64,000 nt of DNA. Source: Vulcanimicrobiota bacterium (lineage in GTDB: Bacteria > Vulcanimicrobiota > Vulcanimicrobiia > Eremiobacterales > Eremiobacteraceae). Shown here piece after piece: positions 42,738 through 55,495 of this stretch. Position 1 is the stretch's first letter; each line of letters begins with the position of its first letter. The DNA lies in contig CAWDVP010000001.1 of the NCBI GenBank assembly GCA_963805945.1, positions 384,770 to 448,769 of the forward strand, read 5' to 3'. The notes under the pieces were generated by a model. The model was not told the origin of the DNA and did no database searches. It worked only from the letters and a program-made list of their open reading frames with translations. The position numbers were made by a program, and so were the translations under genes.

Positions 42738-43750
42738 TGCCGCTGCAGTTCAAAGACTACTACGAGACGCTCGGCGTTCCGAAGACCGCCTCGACCAAAG
42801 AGATCAAGGCGGCCTATCGCAAGCTGGCGCGCCAGTGGCATCCCGACGTCAATCCGACCCGCAAGAAAGAATCCGAGGAGAAGTTCAAGGAGATCTCCGA
42901 GGCCAACGAAGTGCTCTCCGATCCGGGCAAGCGCAAGCGCTACGATACGCTCGGCCCCAACTGGCAGCAGCAGGCGCAGGACTTCGGCGGCGGCGCGCAA
43001 GGCTTCCACCAGGGCGGCGACGGCACGCGCTACGAGTTCCACGATTTCGGCGACGAGAACGGCGGCTTCTCCGACTTCTTCCAGACCTTCTTCTCCGACA
43101 TCGGCCGGGCCCGGACTCCGGGCGCATCGCGCTCGCGGCGCGGCATGCGCGGCAACGATGCGGAGTACGGCATCGAGATCACGCTGCGCGACGCATACGC
43201 CGGCGGCACGCGTCAATTGACGCTCCAGACCGAGAGCCGCTGTCCGCGCTGCGGCGGCACCGGCACGGTGGAGGGCAAGCTCTGCCATGAATGCCGCGGC
43301 ACCGGCACCGTGCCCGTGCGCAAGACGCTCGACGTCTCCATCCCCAAGGGCGTGCGCGATGGACAACGCATCCGGCTGGCCGGCCAAGGCGGACCCGGTG
43401 TCGGCGGCGGCGCGAACGGCGACCTCTTCCTCGAGGTGCACATCGCGCCGGACCCGATCTTCGAGCGCCGCGGTGACGACCTGCACGAGCAGCACCCCGT
43501 GAGCGTGTACAGCCTGGTGCTCGGCGGAGAGACGACGGTGCCCACGATGACGGGCAAGATCGACATGAAGATACCGGCCGCGTCGCAGAACGGCCGCGTG
43601 TTGCGCGTGCCGGGCAAGGGCATGCCGAAGCTGCGCGGCGACGCGCACGGCGACCTCTATGTGACGCTGAACGCCGACGTCCCGACCAAGCTCACCGACA
43701 AGGAACGCGAGCTTTTCGTGCAGCTGGCCGAATTGGCGAAGGCGCGCTGA
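42737..43750 (+). CDS. dnaJ: DnaJ/CbpA family co-chaperone with only two CxxCxGxG repeats
   Basis: KDYY, HPD, G/F region, CPRCGGTG and CHECRGTG, C-terminal domain. Confidence 0.9.
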   Translation: MPLQFKDYYETLGVPKTASTKEIKAAYRKLARQWHPDVNPTRKKESEEKFKEISEANEVLSDPGKRKRYDTLGPNWQQQAQDFGGGAQGFHQGGDGTRYEFHDFGDENGGFSDFFQTFFSDIGRARTPGASRSRRGMRGNDAEYGIEITLRDAYAGGTRQLTLQTESRCPRCGGTGTVEGKLCHECRGTGTVPVRKTLDVSIPKGVRDGQRIRLAGQGGPGVGGGANGDLFLEVHIAPDPIFERRGDDLHEQHPVSVYSLVLGGETTVPTMTGKIDMKIPAASQNGRVLRVPGKGMPKLRGDAHGDLYVTLNADVPTKLTDKERELFVQLAELAKAR

Positions 43751-44022
43751 TGGAGACCGATGTGACGGGCGACGAGCTGTACGCGATCACCGCGGTGGTG
43801 GCCCAGTTCGACGTGATGCCGGAGACGCTCGTGCGCTACGAGCGCGCCGGGTTGCTGCGTCCGCAGCTGGTGAACGAGGTGCGCTTCTACACGACCGCCG
43901 ACATCGCGCGCTTGACCACCATCCGGCGCATGACCGATCTGCTCGGGCTCAACCTCGCTGGCGTCGACGTCGTGCTACGTCTGCTCGAAGAGATCCGGCT
44001 GCTGCAGCGCCAGCTCGAGTAA
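43750..44022 (+). CDS. MerR-fold HspR/CbpM-like protein
   Basis: ETLVRYERAGLL...LGLNLAGVDVVLRL; directly after dnaJ. Confidence 0.82.
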   Translation: METDVTGDELYAITAVVAQFDVMPETLVRYERAGLLRPQLVNEVRFYTTADIARLTTIRRMTDLLGLNLAGVDVVLRLLEEIRLLQRQLE

Positions 44023-44023
44023 C

Positions 44024-44830
44024 CTACATCTTCATCGGACCTGGCTGCGAATCCATGTCTTGCATGTGGGCCAACAGCGCCGTCCAGGGCGTCGGCGGAA
44101 TGCTGAGGTCGCTGCGGAACGGGTCTTCGAGTTCGAAGATCAGCACGAACATCGACGCCACCATGATCGCGACGGCGCCGGTCATGATGAGATGCGCCGG
44201 CCGGCGCTCGACGCCGAAGAGATAGCAAAAACCGATGACGACGATCGCACCGACGAACAGCACGGTCCACTGGAACCCGGAGATCGACGACTCGTTGCTC
44301 GAGTAGCGCTCTTGTCTGCTGTCGTGGAGGTCGGTCAGCAGGTGCAGCGTCGCGGCTTGGGCGCTGGCCTGCGCAAGGTTGGCCGGAATCATCTGGCCCG
44401 CCACGGTCGTCGCGTGCATGATGATGCGGTCGCCGTTGGCGCTATAGCCGCCGGCGCGCATGGCCGGCCACTCATCGCGCAGCATGCCTTGCACGTAGTC
44501 CAGCATGTCTTGGCGGATCACCGAGCGCTCCGGCTGTGGCAGGCCCACCGCGTTATGCCACGCGTTGCCGACGCTCGCCGCTTCAAGCGCGGCCTGTACG
44601 CGCGCGGCGTCGTATTGCTGCCACACGATCACGGTGACAAACCCCAGCAGCACAGCATAGAGCGTGCCGACGACCGCGATGATGAATCCGGCGACCTCGT
44701 TATGATGGACGAAATCATCCGGCTTGAAGCGGCGGTGGACGAGGACCTGTCCGCCGCATGCGATGCCGGCGGCAAGCGCCGCCGCCAGAAACAGCAGCAC
44801 GTAAGATGGCAGCGCGTAAAGGATCGACAT
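44024..44830 (-). CDS. DUF4239-like membrane protein
   Basis: VVGTLYAVLLGFVTVIVW, ELEDPF motif pattern; 4 TMs. Confidence 0.75.
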   Translation of the reverse strand: MSILYALPSYVLLFLAAALAAGIACGGQVLVHRRFKPDDFVHHNEVAGFIIAVVGTLYAVLLGFVTVIVWQQYDAARVQAALEAASVGNAWHNAVGLPQPERSVIRQDMLDYVQGMLRDEWPAMRAGGYSANGDRIIMHATTVAGQMIPANLAQASAQAATLHLLTDLHDSRQERYSSNESSISGFQWTVLFVGAIVVIGFCYLFGVERRPAHLIMTGAVAIMVASMFVLIFELEDPFRSDLSIPPTPWTALLAHMQDMDSQPGPMKM

Positions 44831-44888
44831 GAATCGCGCTGTTCTGGTGCGTGCGGAGGGAGGCCTTTGCGATCAGCGGATGTCGAGA

Positions 44889-46328
44889 TCACCGAGGAGG
44901 GGTGGCTTCGGGCGGCTGCGCGTGCCAGAGCACGATGCCGCTGTCGTCGAACCCGATGTGCTCAAACGTCCTCGGCGACGTCCACAGCGCGAAGCCGGGC
45001 CGGCCGCTGATGAAGTAGCCGACGAGCCCGTCGGGCGGCCGCGCGAGCGTCTCCCGATACGTCTTGCCCGTGTCGACGATCTCGAGCTGCGTCGCGCCGT
45101 GAGCGAAGCGCAGCGTGACGTCGCGCACCGGTCCGCTGAAATGCACGTGCAGCGGTCGGGAGCGGTCGTTCCAGAAATACCAAAAGCGGACGAGATTGCA
45201 CGCCGCGTGTCCGTAGTCAAGCCGCAGGACGCCCGGCGGCAAGCGCATGCCCACCTGTTCGACGTCGCCGATCGGCAGGTCGGCGAAGGCGATGCCGGTG
45301 AGCGACGTGACGTCATCCGCAGCGCGCGGACAGCCTCGCAAGCGCCACGAGAGCCAGTTGACCGCTTCGTCGAAACTGCCGATCGGGATCACACGGATGC
45401 CGGGCGAGCCGGCGATCTCCGCGTAGTTCTGTCTGGGAACCAGGAACACGGCCGCCCCGGCTTTGCGCGCCGCGATCACCTTCTGGCGCGCGCCGACGAT
45501 CGGCAACACGACGCCGTTCTGATCGATCACGCCGGTGCCGGCGACCGCACCGCCGTGCGTGAGATCCGCGCCAGTGAGCGAGCGGTAGATCTGCAACGCG
45601 AACATGAGCCCCGTCGAGCCGCCGCTCTGGTAGAACGGCAGATCGTAGGTGACGGCGAACGGCAGCGGCCCCGGGCGGTCGACCTCTTGGAGGTTCACGC
45701 CGAAACGTTTGGCGCCGCGGATGGAGACCGTCGTGCAGTAGAGCGCCACGGCTCGTCCGCGCCGCTCGACGGCGACGGCGAACCGGTGGCCCGCGGGATG
45801 CGCTTCTGCTGCGCTGACGAGCGTTTTCGTGGTGTCGATCGGCACGCCGTCGACGCGCAGCAGTCGATCCCCCGCGCGAAAACACTGGCCCGTGGGCCGT
45901 TGCGGACTGAGCCGCGCGATGAAGATCGACCGTTCGACGTCGAGATGCAGGCCCGCCGCGCGCGCCGCGACGACCTCGGCGCTATGCTTGCTCGCCTCGC
46001 GCGACTCGTACATGTACTCGAGCACTTCGATGTCGTTCATCGACGGCGACGCCAAGTCGGAGCGAGGCACGATGGAGAAGCCCGGCAGCAACGTGCCGAT
46101 GATGTACGAGCTCGGCCGGCCGGGCAGCACGAGAATGCTGGTGTCGTAGAGCACGCCCGGCGGCGGCGTGTGCCCTTGCACGTGCACCACTTTGTCGAGA
46201 TCGTCCGCCGACCACGGGCCATAGATGTAGTACGGCAGCGGCCACAGGCCCATCACGCCTACGAACAACGCGATGGGCACGCCCCATGCCAGGCCCCTCT
46301 TGAGCCTGCGGGCCCGCGATTCGTCCAT
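44889..46328 (-). CDS. YlbL/SepM-type PDZ + Lon-like S16 protease with C-terminal extension
   Basis: TM, PYYIYGP, PDZ, GGSTGLMFAL (Ser), AGTGVI, GARQK (Lys); start ATG 46328 inferred. Confidence 0.85.
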   Translation of the reverse strand: MDESRARRLKRGLAWGVPIALFVGVMGLWPLPYYIYGPWSADDLDKVVHVQGHTPPPGVLYDTSILVLPGRPSSYIIGTLLPGFSIVPRSDLASPSMNDIEVLEYMYESREASKHSAEVVAARAAGLHLDVERSIFIARLSPQRPTGQCFRAGDRLLRVDGVPIDTTKTLVSAAEAHPAGHRFAVAVERRGRAVALYCTTVSIRGAKRFGVNLQEVDRPGPLPFAVTYDLPFYQSGGSTGLMFALQIYRSLTGADLTHGGAVAGTGVIDQNGVVLPIVGARQKVIAARKAGAAVFLVPRQNYAEIAGSPGIRVIPIGSFDEAVNWLSWRLRGCPRAADDVTSLTGIAFADLPIGDVEQVGMRLPPGVLRLDYGHAACNLVRFWYFWNDRSRPLHVHFSGPVRDVTLRFAHGATQLEIVDTGKTYRETLARPPDGLVGYFISGRPGFALWTSPRTFEHIGFDDSGIVLWHAQPPEATPPR

Positions 46329-46437
46329 GACCGTGCGCGTTTTGCGCTGTGCGCGAAGCCGCCCTGCCGCCAGGGGATGAGGTCGAGCACGGCGGCTCGA
46401 ATGCCACTCGACCAGTTCTTCACGGAGGCCGTCGCCA

Positions 46438-47592
46438 ATGCTCGCACCGGAACGCAACGCCGAAATGCTCGAAGCCGAGCAGATGATCCTCGATACGGTC
46501 CGCAAGCTCGTCAAGGAGAAGGTCGAGCCACGCGCCGCGGAGATCGACGCGCGCAGCGAGTACCCGAAAGATCTGCGCGATCTGTTCGCCAAGAACGACC
46601 TGCTCGGCATCTCGTTCCCTGAGGAGTACGGCGGCCTCGGCAGCTTCCTCATCTACGTGAAGGTCGTCGAGGAGATCTCCAAGGCCTGCGCATCGTCGGG
46701 GCTCATCGTCGCCGTGCAGGAGCTCGGCGCGCTGCCGATCATGATCGCCGGCAGCGACGACCAGAAGAAGAAATACCTGCCGAAGCTGGCGAGCGGCGAA
46801 CTCATGACGTCGTACGCGCTCACCGAGGCGACGTCGGGCTCCGACGCCGCCAACATGCGCACGACCGCGGTGCGCGACGGCGATCACTACGTGCTCAACG
46901 GCACCAAGGTCTTCATCACCAACGTGGCGGTCGCCGACCTGTGCATCGTCTTCGCCATGACGAACAAGGAGCTCGGGCCGAAAGGCGCTTCCGCCTTCAT
47001 CTGCCACACCGACGATCCGGGCTTCAAGCTGGGCAAGGTCGAGCACAAGATGGGCATCCGCGGATCACCGACCAATGAGGTGATCCTCGACAACTGCCGC
47101 ATCCCCGCAGACCGCCTCATCGGCGCCGAGGGCCAGGGCTTCCCGATCGCCATGAAGACGCTCGACAAGTCCCGGCCCGGCGTCGCGGCACAGGCGCTCG
47201 GCATCGCGTCCGGCGCGCTCGCCTTCGCGGCTAACTACCTCAAGGAGCGCGTCGCGTTCGGCAAGCCGCTCTCGAAGCAGCAGGGCCTGCAGTGGATGAT
47301 CGCCGACATGGATGTCGAGACGCAGGCGGCGCGACTGCTACTCTACGAAGCAGCGCGCAAATGCGATGAGGGCTCGCCGGACATCACGTATTGGGGCGCG
47401 CTGTGCAAGCTCAAGTGCGGCGACGTTGCGATGAAGGTGACGACCGATGCGGTGCAGCTGCTCGGCGGGTACGGCTACATGACCGAATACCCGGTCGAGC
47501 GCATGATGCGCGACGCGAAGATCACGCAGATCTACGAGGGCACGCAGCAGATCCAGCGCATCGTCATCTCACGGCAGACATTGGGCAAATAG
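46438..47592 (+). CDS. Acyl-CoA dehydrogenase
   Basis: [29 protein letters not shown]. Confidence 0.95.
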   Translation: MLAPERNAEMLEAEQMILDTVRKLVKEKVEPRAAEIDARSEYPKDLRDLFAKNDLLGISFPEEYGGLGSFLIYVKVVEEISKACASSGLIVAVQELGALPIMIAGSDDQKKKYLPKLASGELMTSYALTEATSGSDAANMRTTAVRDGDHYVLNGTKVFITNVAVADLCIVFAMTNKELGPKGASAFICHTDDPGFKLGKVEHKMGIRGSPTNEVILDNCRIPADRLIGAEGQGFPIAMKTLDKSRPGVAAQALGIASGALAFAANYLKERVAFGKPLSKQQGLQWMIADMDVETQAARLLLYEAARKCDEGSPDITYWGALCKLKCGDVAMKVTTDAVQLLGGYGYMTEYPVERMMRDAKITQIYEGTQQIQRIVISRQTLGK

Positions 47593-47600
47593 TCTCCTCG

Positions 47601-49889
47601 ATGGCGCTCGCCCACACTCTCGGCTTTCCCCGCATCGGCCACAAGCGCGAGCTCAAGCGCGCGCTCGAGCGCTACTGGTCGGGTGAGTCCGACGCTGCCG
47701 CGCTGCTCGAGACCGGCTGGCTGCTGCGCGAGCACAACTGGAAGCTGCAGCGCAGCGCCGGGCTCGATCTCGTGCCGGTCGGCGACTTCTCCTACTACGA
47801 CCACGTGCTCGACACCGCCGCCATGCTCGGCGCGGTGCCCGCTCGTTACGGCTGGCGCGGCGGCGAAGTGGACTTGAACACCTACTTCGCGATGGCGCGC
47901 GGCAGCGCGTCGCAGCCCGCGATGGAGATGACGAAGTGGTTCGACACGAACTACCACTACATCGTGCCGGAGTTCTCCGCCAAGACGGCGTTCAGGCTCT
48001 CGAGCACCAAGCTCATCGCTGAGACGAAAGAAGCGCTCGCGCTCGGCGTACCCGCGAAGCCGGTGCTGCTCGGGCCTTTCACGTTCTGGCGGCTTGGCAA
48101 GTGGCGCGGCGGCGACGCCCACGCGGCCGCTCCCATCGCGCTCATCGAGGCGATGCTGCCGGTGTATCGCGAGGTGCTCTCGCAGCTCATGCGCCTGGGC
48201 GTGCAGTGGGTCCAGATGGACGAGCCCGCGCTCGTGCTCGACCTGACGCACGAGCAGCTGACCGCCTTCCGCCACGCCTACGCGACCCTCGTCGCCGAGG
48301 GCGCACCGAAGCTCCTGCTCACCACCTATTTCGGCGCGGTGGACGACATCGCGAAGGAGCTGATGAGCGTGCCGGTCGCCGGCCTCCATCTCGACCTGGT
48401 ACGCGCGCCGGGTCAAGCGTCCGCGTTCGCAGCGGCATATCCCAAGGACAAAGTGCTGTCGGTCGGCGTCATCGATGGCCGCAACGTCTGGCGAGCGGAC
48501 CTCGACGCCGCGCTGCAGCAGCTCGAGCCCTTCGCCGGCATGGGCGATCGTCTCTGGATCGCGCCGTCATGCAGCCTCCTGCACAGCCCGATCGACCTCC
48601 AGCAAGAGACCGCGCTCGATGCGGAGCTGAAGTCCTGGATGGCGTTCGCCGTCCAGAAGCTCGATGAAGTCGTCGTCCTGAAGCGGGCGTTGGGGCCTGA
48701 CCAGACCTCGACGCAGCCCGCGCTTGCGGGCGCACGCGCGGCACGCGAGAGCAGGCGCACCTCGGCCCGCATCCATGACCCCGCGGTCGAGAAGCGCGAG
48801 GCCGCCCTCACGGAGAGCGATGCCTCGCGCAAGACCAGCTTCGCAGGCCGGCGCGCCAAACAGCACGCCGTGCTGAACCTGCCGCCGTTCGCGACGACGT
48901 CGATCGGCAGCTATCCGCAGACGCCGGCGATCCGCCAGGCGCGCGCCGCTTTCAAGAAACACGACATCGCAGCCCCGGAGTACGAGCGACGCATCCGCGC
49001 GGAGATCGAGCACGCGGTGCGCGCGCAGGAGAAGATCGGACTCGACGTGCTCGTGCACGGCGAAGCGGAGCGCAACGACATGGTCGAGTACTTCGGCGAG
49101 CAGCTCAAAGGCTTCGTCTTCACGCAGCACGGCTGGGTGCAGAGCTACGGCTCGCGCTACGTCAAGCCGCCGATCATCTTCGGAGACGTGTCGCGGCCCC
49201 GCGCGATGACGGTCGAATGGAGCACGTACGCGCAGTCGCTCACCGACAAGCCGATGAAGGGCATGCTCACCGGGCCGGTGACCATCCTGCAGTGGTCGTT
49301 CGTACGCGACGATCAGCCGCGTTCTGACACTGCGCTGCAGATCGCGCTGGCGATCCGCGATGAGGTCCTCGATCTCGAGCGTGCCGGCATCAAGATCATC
49401 CAGATCGACGAGCCCGCCATCCGCGAGGGTCTGCCGCTGCGGCGCGCGCAATGGGCCGCGTACCTCGACTGGGCGGTGAAAGCGTTCCGCGTAGCCTCTT
49501 CCGGAGTCCGCGATGAGACGCAGATCCACACGCACATGTGCTACTCCGAGTTCAACGACATCATCGACTCGATCGCCCGCATGGACGCCGACGTGATCAC
49601 GATCGAATCATCGCGCTCCGACATGGAGATCCTCGAGGCGTTCCGCGACTTCAGGTACCCCAACGAGATCGGGCCGGGCGTCTACGACATCCATTCACCG
49701 CGCGTGCCGAGCACGGACGAGATGACCGCGCTGTTGGAAAAGGCGGCGGCGGTGGTCCCGGCCGATCAGCTCTGGGTCAACCCGGATTGCGGCTTGAAGA
49801 CGCGGCGCTGGGAGGAGGTCACACCGGCGCTCACCCACATGGTCGAAGCGGCGAAACGCCTGCGGATGAAAGTCTCAGTCAAAGTCTAA
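47601..49889 (+). CDS. metE: Cobalamin-independent methionine synthase
   Basis: [35 protein letters not shown]. Confidence 0.98.
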   Translation: MALAHTLGFPRIGHKRELKRALERYWSGESDAAALLETGWLLREHNWKLQRSAGLDLVPVGDFSYYDHVLDTAAMLGAVPARYGWRGGEVDLNTYFAMARGSASQPAMEMTKWFDTNYHYIVPEFSAKTAFRLSSTKLIAETKEALALGVPAKPVLLGPFTFWRLGKWRGGDAHAAAPIALIEAMLPVYREVLSQLMRLGVQWVQMDEPALVLDLTHEQLTAFRHAYATLVAEGAPKLLLTTYFGAVDDIAKELMSVPVAGLHLDLVRAPGQASAFAAAYPKDKVLSVGVIDGRNVWRADLDAALQQLEPFAGMGDRLWIAPSCSLLHSPIDLQQETALDAELKSWMAFAVQKLDEVVVLKRALGPDQTSTQPALAGARAARESRRTSARIHDPAVEKREAALTESDASRKTSFAGRRAKQHAVLNLPPFATTSIGSYPQTPAIRQARAAFKKHDIAAPEYERRIRAEIEHAVRAQEKIGLDVLVHGEAERNDMVEYFGEQLKGFVFTQHGWVQSYGSRYVKPPIIFGDVSRPRAMTVEWSTYAQSLTDKPMKGMLTGPVTILQWSFVRDDQPRSDTALQIALAIRDEVLDLERAGIKIIQIDEPAIREGLPLRRAQWAAYLDWAVKAFRVASSGVRDETQIHTHMCYSEFNDIIDSIARMDADVITIESSRSDMEILEAFRDFRYPNEIGPGVYDIHSPRVPSTDEMTALLEKAAAVVPADQLWVNPDCGLKTRRWEEVTPALTHMVEAAKRLRMKVSVKV

Positions 49890-49938
49890 CCGCGACCTTC
49901 CTCACGCGATGTAGCGTTCCGAGAGCCGTCGTGTGGGT

Positions 49939-50205
49939 CTAGGCGGGCGCCATCAGCTGAGGGGCCAGGTGGACGCCGCTGAGATCTAAGCCGCGGGCTT
50001 CCGCAATCCTCAGAAAGACCGCAAAATCCTCAGCGTCTCCTGATAGCAGCTCTGCCCCCACGACCTTGCCATCGCTGTCAACGTCTATGTTGACTTCACC
50101 GGCCGCGAACTCTTGAGTTGCCGCCACGGACGCATCCGAGAATCGGAAGTACATCGGATCGCCGACGACGCCGCTCCATTCAATCGCTCTGAGCGTTTGT
50201 GTCAT
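49939..50205 (-). CDS. DUF2283-like putative antitoxin
   Basis: DPMYFRFS...VNIDVDSDGKVVGAELL; acidic; ATG overlaps upstream stop. Confidence 0.75.
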   Translation of the reverse strand: MTQTLRAIEWSGVVGDPMYFRFSDASVAATQEFAAGEVNIDVDSDGKVVGAELLSGDAEDFAVFLRIAEARGLDLSGVHLAPQLMAPA

Positions 50206-50432
50206 TGGGCCACCTCGGTTGCAGTCACCGTCCGCACATAGTAGATGTCTGGAGATTTGTGCCAGAATGTGACGCGTATCCTGCGGGAACCTATGACCTT
50301 GTATCTGTTGCGGCGCCCTCCTCGTGCAGGTAGTTCCACCTCTGGAAACCTCAGGGCCTCGAGGACCTCGGCGTCGGATATATCGCGTTGATGCATGCGC
50401 TTGTGCGCATGCTGGTGATATACGATTTCCAC
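50202..50432 (-). CDS. DUF4258-like putative toxin (RelE/BrnT-like fold)
   Basis: HAHKRMHQRDISDAEVLEAL...YYVRTV; basic, 76 aa. Confidence 0.75.
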   Translation of the reverse strand: MEIVYHQHAHKRMHQRDISDAEVLEALRFPEVELPARGGRRNRYKVIGSRRIRVTFWHKSPDIYYVRTVTATEVAQ

Positions 50433-50456
50433 GCGAGACGACTATATGTCTCGCGT
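50431..50456 (-). promoter_or_regulatory. Palindromic operator spanning the -10 box of the DUF4258/DUF2283 operon
   Basis: ACGCGAGAC-N8-GTCTCGCGT; minus-strand TATAGT at 50446-50441. Confidence 0.55.
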
Positions 50457-50495
50457 ATGTGCCGCTATTTTCCAAACTGTGGACGATTTGCGACG

Positions 50496-52451
<1,956 letters not shown>

Positions 52452-52478
<27 letters not shown>

Positions 52479-52513
52479 ATGAGAAGGGCCGAACTGAAGT
52501 TCGGCCCCTACAT
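52452..52513. repeat. Two adjacent REP-like palindromes
   Basis: GCGGTCGAATGAATTCGACCGCTCCA 52452-52477; GGGCCGAACTGAAGTTCGGCCCCTACAT 52486-52513. Confidence 0.8.
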
Positions 52514-52526
52514 ATCCAGGGAGCGC

Positions 52527-53927
52527 TTATTGGTTGGGCTTGGCGTCGCTCGTCGCGGGCGTGGCAGGCGCTAGGCTGGCCGCGATCTGGTCGTGGATGA
52601 AGGAGATCGCGCGCTGCAGCTGCGGATCCGTCGCGAGGTTGCCGATGTCCACCGGACGCACGTCGGGCACCTCGATGTCGGGCTTGATGCCGACCGTGTT
52701 GATGTCGCGACCGGAGGGCGTCAGGTAGCGCGCGGTCGTGATCTTGATGGCGCTGCCATCGGGCAGCGGATAGATCGTCTGCACTTCGCCTTTGCCGTAC
52801 GTCTTCGTGCCGATGAGCACGCCGGCGCCGCTGTCCTGCACCGCGCCCGCGGTGATCTCCGACGCGCTGGCCGTGTAGCCGTTGACGAGCACCGCCAACG
52901 GGTGCGCCGCGCCCGCGTTCTCCTCCGCGTTGATCGTCGTGAACGGCTCGAGCCGGCCGTCGATCGAGACGATCGGCCCCTCGGCGACGAATTTCGACGA
53001 CACGTCGACCGCGGCGTTGAGGTAGCCGCCGCCGTTGTTGCGCAGGTCGAGCACGTAGCCTTTGACGCCTTGTTTCTCGAAATCGGTGAGCGCATGCGCC
53101 AGCTCGTCGCCGGTCGTCTGGCCGAAGACGGTCAGGCGGACGTAGCCGACGTTGTTGTCGAGCACGCGCGAGAGCACGCTCGGCTGATGGATGAATTCGC
53201 GCACGACGGAGATGGTGAGCGGCGCTGGCTCGCCCTTGCGCTGGACGACGAGTTCGACGGTCGTGCCGGGTTTGCCGCGGATGAGCTTGCTATCGTCGCC
53301 GGTCGACAGTCCGGCGGTCGACTTGCCGTCGATGCTGAGCACGATATCGCCGGGCACCACGCCCGCCTTGGCGGCCGGTCCGCCGTCGATGACCTGCTCG
53401 ACGAGCAGCGACTTGGTGTCGGGATCGGTGGCGATGACGATGCCGACGCCGGAGAAGTTGCCGCCGTCGAGAGTTTGGTTCAGCGAGCGATACTCTTCCG
53501 GGGTCATGAACACGGTCCAGTGGTCGTGCAGCGAGGCGAGGATGCCCGAGATCGCGCCGTACGTGATGTCACGCTCGTTGATGGCCGAGGCGAAGCGCTG
53601 ATCGACCGTGCGCAGCTCGTCGTTGAGCAGCGAGACGTCGGCGCTCTTGCTGCCGACCGCCTTGAGCGAGGGCACCTTGGCCGGGTCGCCGCCTTTGAGC
53701 TTGACCGTCGCCCGCATGCCCGTGACCGCGCCGTCGAGCAGCACCTGGTCGTCCACCGCGCGGAAGAACACCGCGCCGGCACGCAAGAAGCTGTAATCCA
53801 TCATGGTGCGGTTGACATCGTCGGCGGAGGTGGCCGCTACGGCCATGCCGCCGCTCAGTAGGAAGGCGCCGAGCAGCGCACCGGCCGCGGCCGCGGCGCG
53901 ACGTGAGAATGAAGAGACGTACGGCAT
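52527..53927 (-). CDS. S41 carboxyl-terminal protease (CtpA/Prc family), copy 2
   Basis: PDZ, DLRNNGGG, TASASEI, TYGKG, TARYLTPSG. Confidence 0.93.
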   Translation of the reverse strand: MPYVSSFSRRAAAAAGALLGAFLLSGGMAVAATSADDVNRTMMDYSFLRAGAVFFRAVDDQVLLDGAVTGMRATVKLKGGDPAKVPSLKAVGSKSADVSLLNDELRTVDQRFASAINERDITYGAISGILASLHDHWTVFMTPEEYRSLNQTLDGGNFSGVGIVIATDPDTKSLLVEQVIDGGPAAKAGVVPGDIVLSIDGKSTAGLSTGDDSKLIRGKPGTTVELVVQRKGEPAPLTISVVREFIHQPSVLSRVLDNNVGYVRLTVFGQTTGDELAHALTDFEKQGVKGYVLDLRNNGGGYLNAAVDVSSKFVAEGPIVSIDGRLEPFTTINAEENAGAAHPLAVLVNGYTASASEITAGAVQDSGAGVLIGTKTYGKGEVQTIYPLPDGSAIKITTARYLTPSGRDINTVGIKPDIEVPDVRPVDIGNLATDPQLQRAISFIHDQIAASLAPATPATSDAKPNQ

Positions 53928-53938
53928 GATCTACCTAG

Positions 53939-55381
53939 CTAATTCTTGGCGCTCAGCACCATCTGCTTGCGCAGATAGTCGAGCGCCGCTTTGAGTTGGG
54001 TGTCTTTGGCGTCGAGGCCGACGATCTTGGGATCCATGGGCACGACGATGTTCGGCTCGATGCCCTTCTTGTTGATATCGCGTCCGTTCGGGGTGACATA
54101 GCGGGCGGTCGTGATCTTGACCGCGCTCGAACCGGGCAGATCGTAGATGGTCTGGACCACGCCTTTACCATAGGTCTTCACGCCGAGCAGCACGCCGACA
54201 CGTGAATCCTGGATCGCCCCGGCGGTGATCTCCGACGCGCTCGCCGTGTACTGGTTGACGAGCACGACCAGCGGGTGCGGCGGCACCGCGTCCTGATAGG
54301 CGTCCTCGGTCTCGACCTGGCCCTTGCGGTTGATGGTCGAGACGATAGGCCCGTCGGCGATGAACTTCGAGGAGACCTGCACGGCCGCATCGAGCAGGCC
54401 GCCGCCGTTGTTGCGCAGGTCGAAGACGATCGCCTTGGCGCCTTGCTTGAAGAGCGCGTTCAACGCACTCGTCATCTCTCGCTCCGAAGTGTCGCCGAAA
54501 TCGTAGAGCTGCACGTAGCCGACGTCCTTGCCGATCATGTGGTAGGCCACGGACGGCACGTGGATCTGCTCGCGCACGACGGTGTACACCTTATCGGCTT
54601 CGCCGTGCCGTGCGATATCGAGTTTGACCGGCGTGCCCACCTTGCCGCGGATCAGGTTCATGACCGAATCGAGATCGAGGGGCACAGCGGCGTGGCCGTC
54701 GACCGACACGATCGTGTCGCCGGACTTGAGGCCTGCGCGGCGTGCCGGCGTGCCCTCGATGGGCGTCAGCACGAGGACCTGCTTGGTCTTCTGGTCCTTG
54801 CCGATGTAGATGCCGATGCCGCCGAAGTCGCCGCCTTTGATGAGCTCGTTGAGGCTGCGGATCTCGCGCGGGCTGAGGAAGACGGTGTACGGATCGCCCA
54901 GCGATTCGAGCATGCCCTCGACCGCCGCGAAGGTCAGCTCGTCTTCGCCGACCGCGTTGCCGTACTTGTCCAACGCATCGGTGAGCATCTTGTTCGCGAC
55001 CGTCTCGTCATGCGTCACGTCGCCGTCCGACGAGGGCATCGGGATCAGCGCGGTGGTGTGCTTCTTCGCGAGGAACTTGATGAGTCCGGTGCGCTCGCCC
55101 TTGAGCAGATCCTCGTCGTTGACCGCTTTGTAGTAGCGGTCGTGCACGTGCTCGAGCGAGATATCAAGGATGTCGAGATACTTGCTGCGGTCCTCAGTCG
55201 ACGCGACCTGCCCGCCCACTGAGAAATCACGCCGCGTGTCGCCGGCGTGGAAGGCGAGAACAGCCTGGTCGAGCGGGCCGGCGAGGTTGTGGGCTGCAGG
55301 GAGGCGCTCGACGGCGAGCGTGAGGCCGGCTGCGGCGATGATGGCCGCCAGGACGGCGACGACGAGGCGATTGGAGGACAC
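53939..55381 (-). CDS. S41 carboxyl-terminal protease (CtpA/Prc family), copy 1
   Basis: PDZ, DLRNNGGG, TASASEI, TYGKG; start GTG 55381 inferred. Confidence 0.93.
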   Translation of the reverse strand: MSSNRLVVAVLAAIIAAAGLTLAVERLPAAHNLAGPLDQAVLAFHAGDTRRDFSVGGQVASTEDRSKYLDILDISLEHVHDRYYKAVNDEDLLKGERTGLIKFLAKKHTTALIPMPSSDGDVTHDETVANKMLTDALDKYGNAVGEDELTFAAVEGMLESLGDPYTVFLSPREIRSLNELIKGGDFGGIGIYIGKDQKTKQVLVLTPIEGTPARRAGLKSGDTIVSVDGHAAVPLDLDSVMNLIRGKVGTPVKLDIARHGEADKVYTVVREQIHVPSVAYHMIGKDVGYVQLYDFGDTSEREMTSALNALFKQGAKAIVFDLRNNGGGLLDAAVQVSSKFIADGPIVSTINRKGQVETEDAYQDAVPPHPLVVLVNQYTASASEITAGAIQDSRVGVLLGVKTYGKGVVQTIYDLPGSSAVKITTARYVTPNGRDINKKGIEPNIVVPMDPKIVGLDAKDTQLKAALDYLRKQMVLSAKN

Positions 55382-55495
55382 GAGGTTAGGGGTTCCTTTC
55401 GCGGGTTTCGCGGGACAGCGGCACCCGGACATGATGAGGTAATCTCATATGGTATATATGACGGTATTCCCTGTCAGAAGTTTCAGAGAAACTCC

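Noticed and set aside
47593..47600. SAM or cobalamin riboswitch before metE
   Set aside because: Only 8 nt separate metE from the upstream gene.
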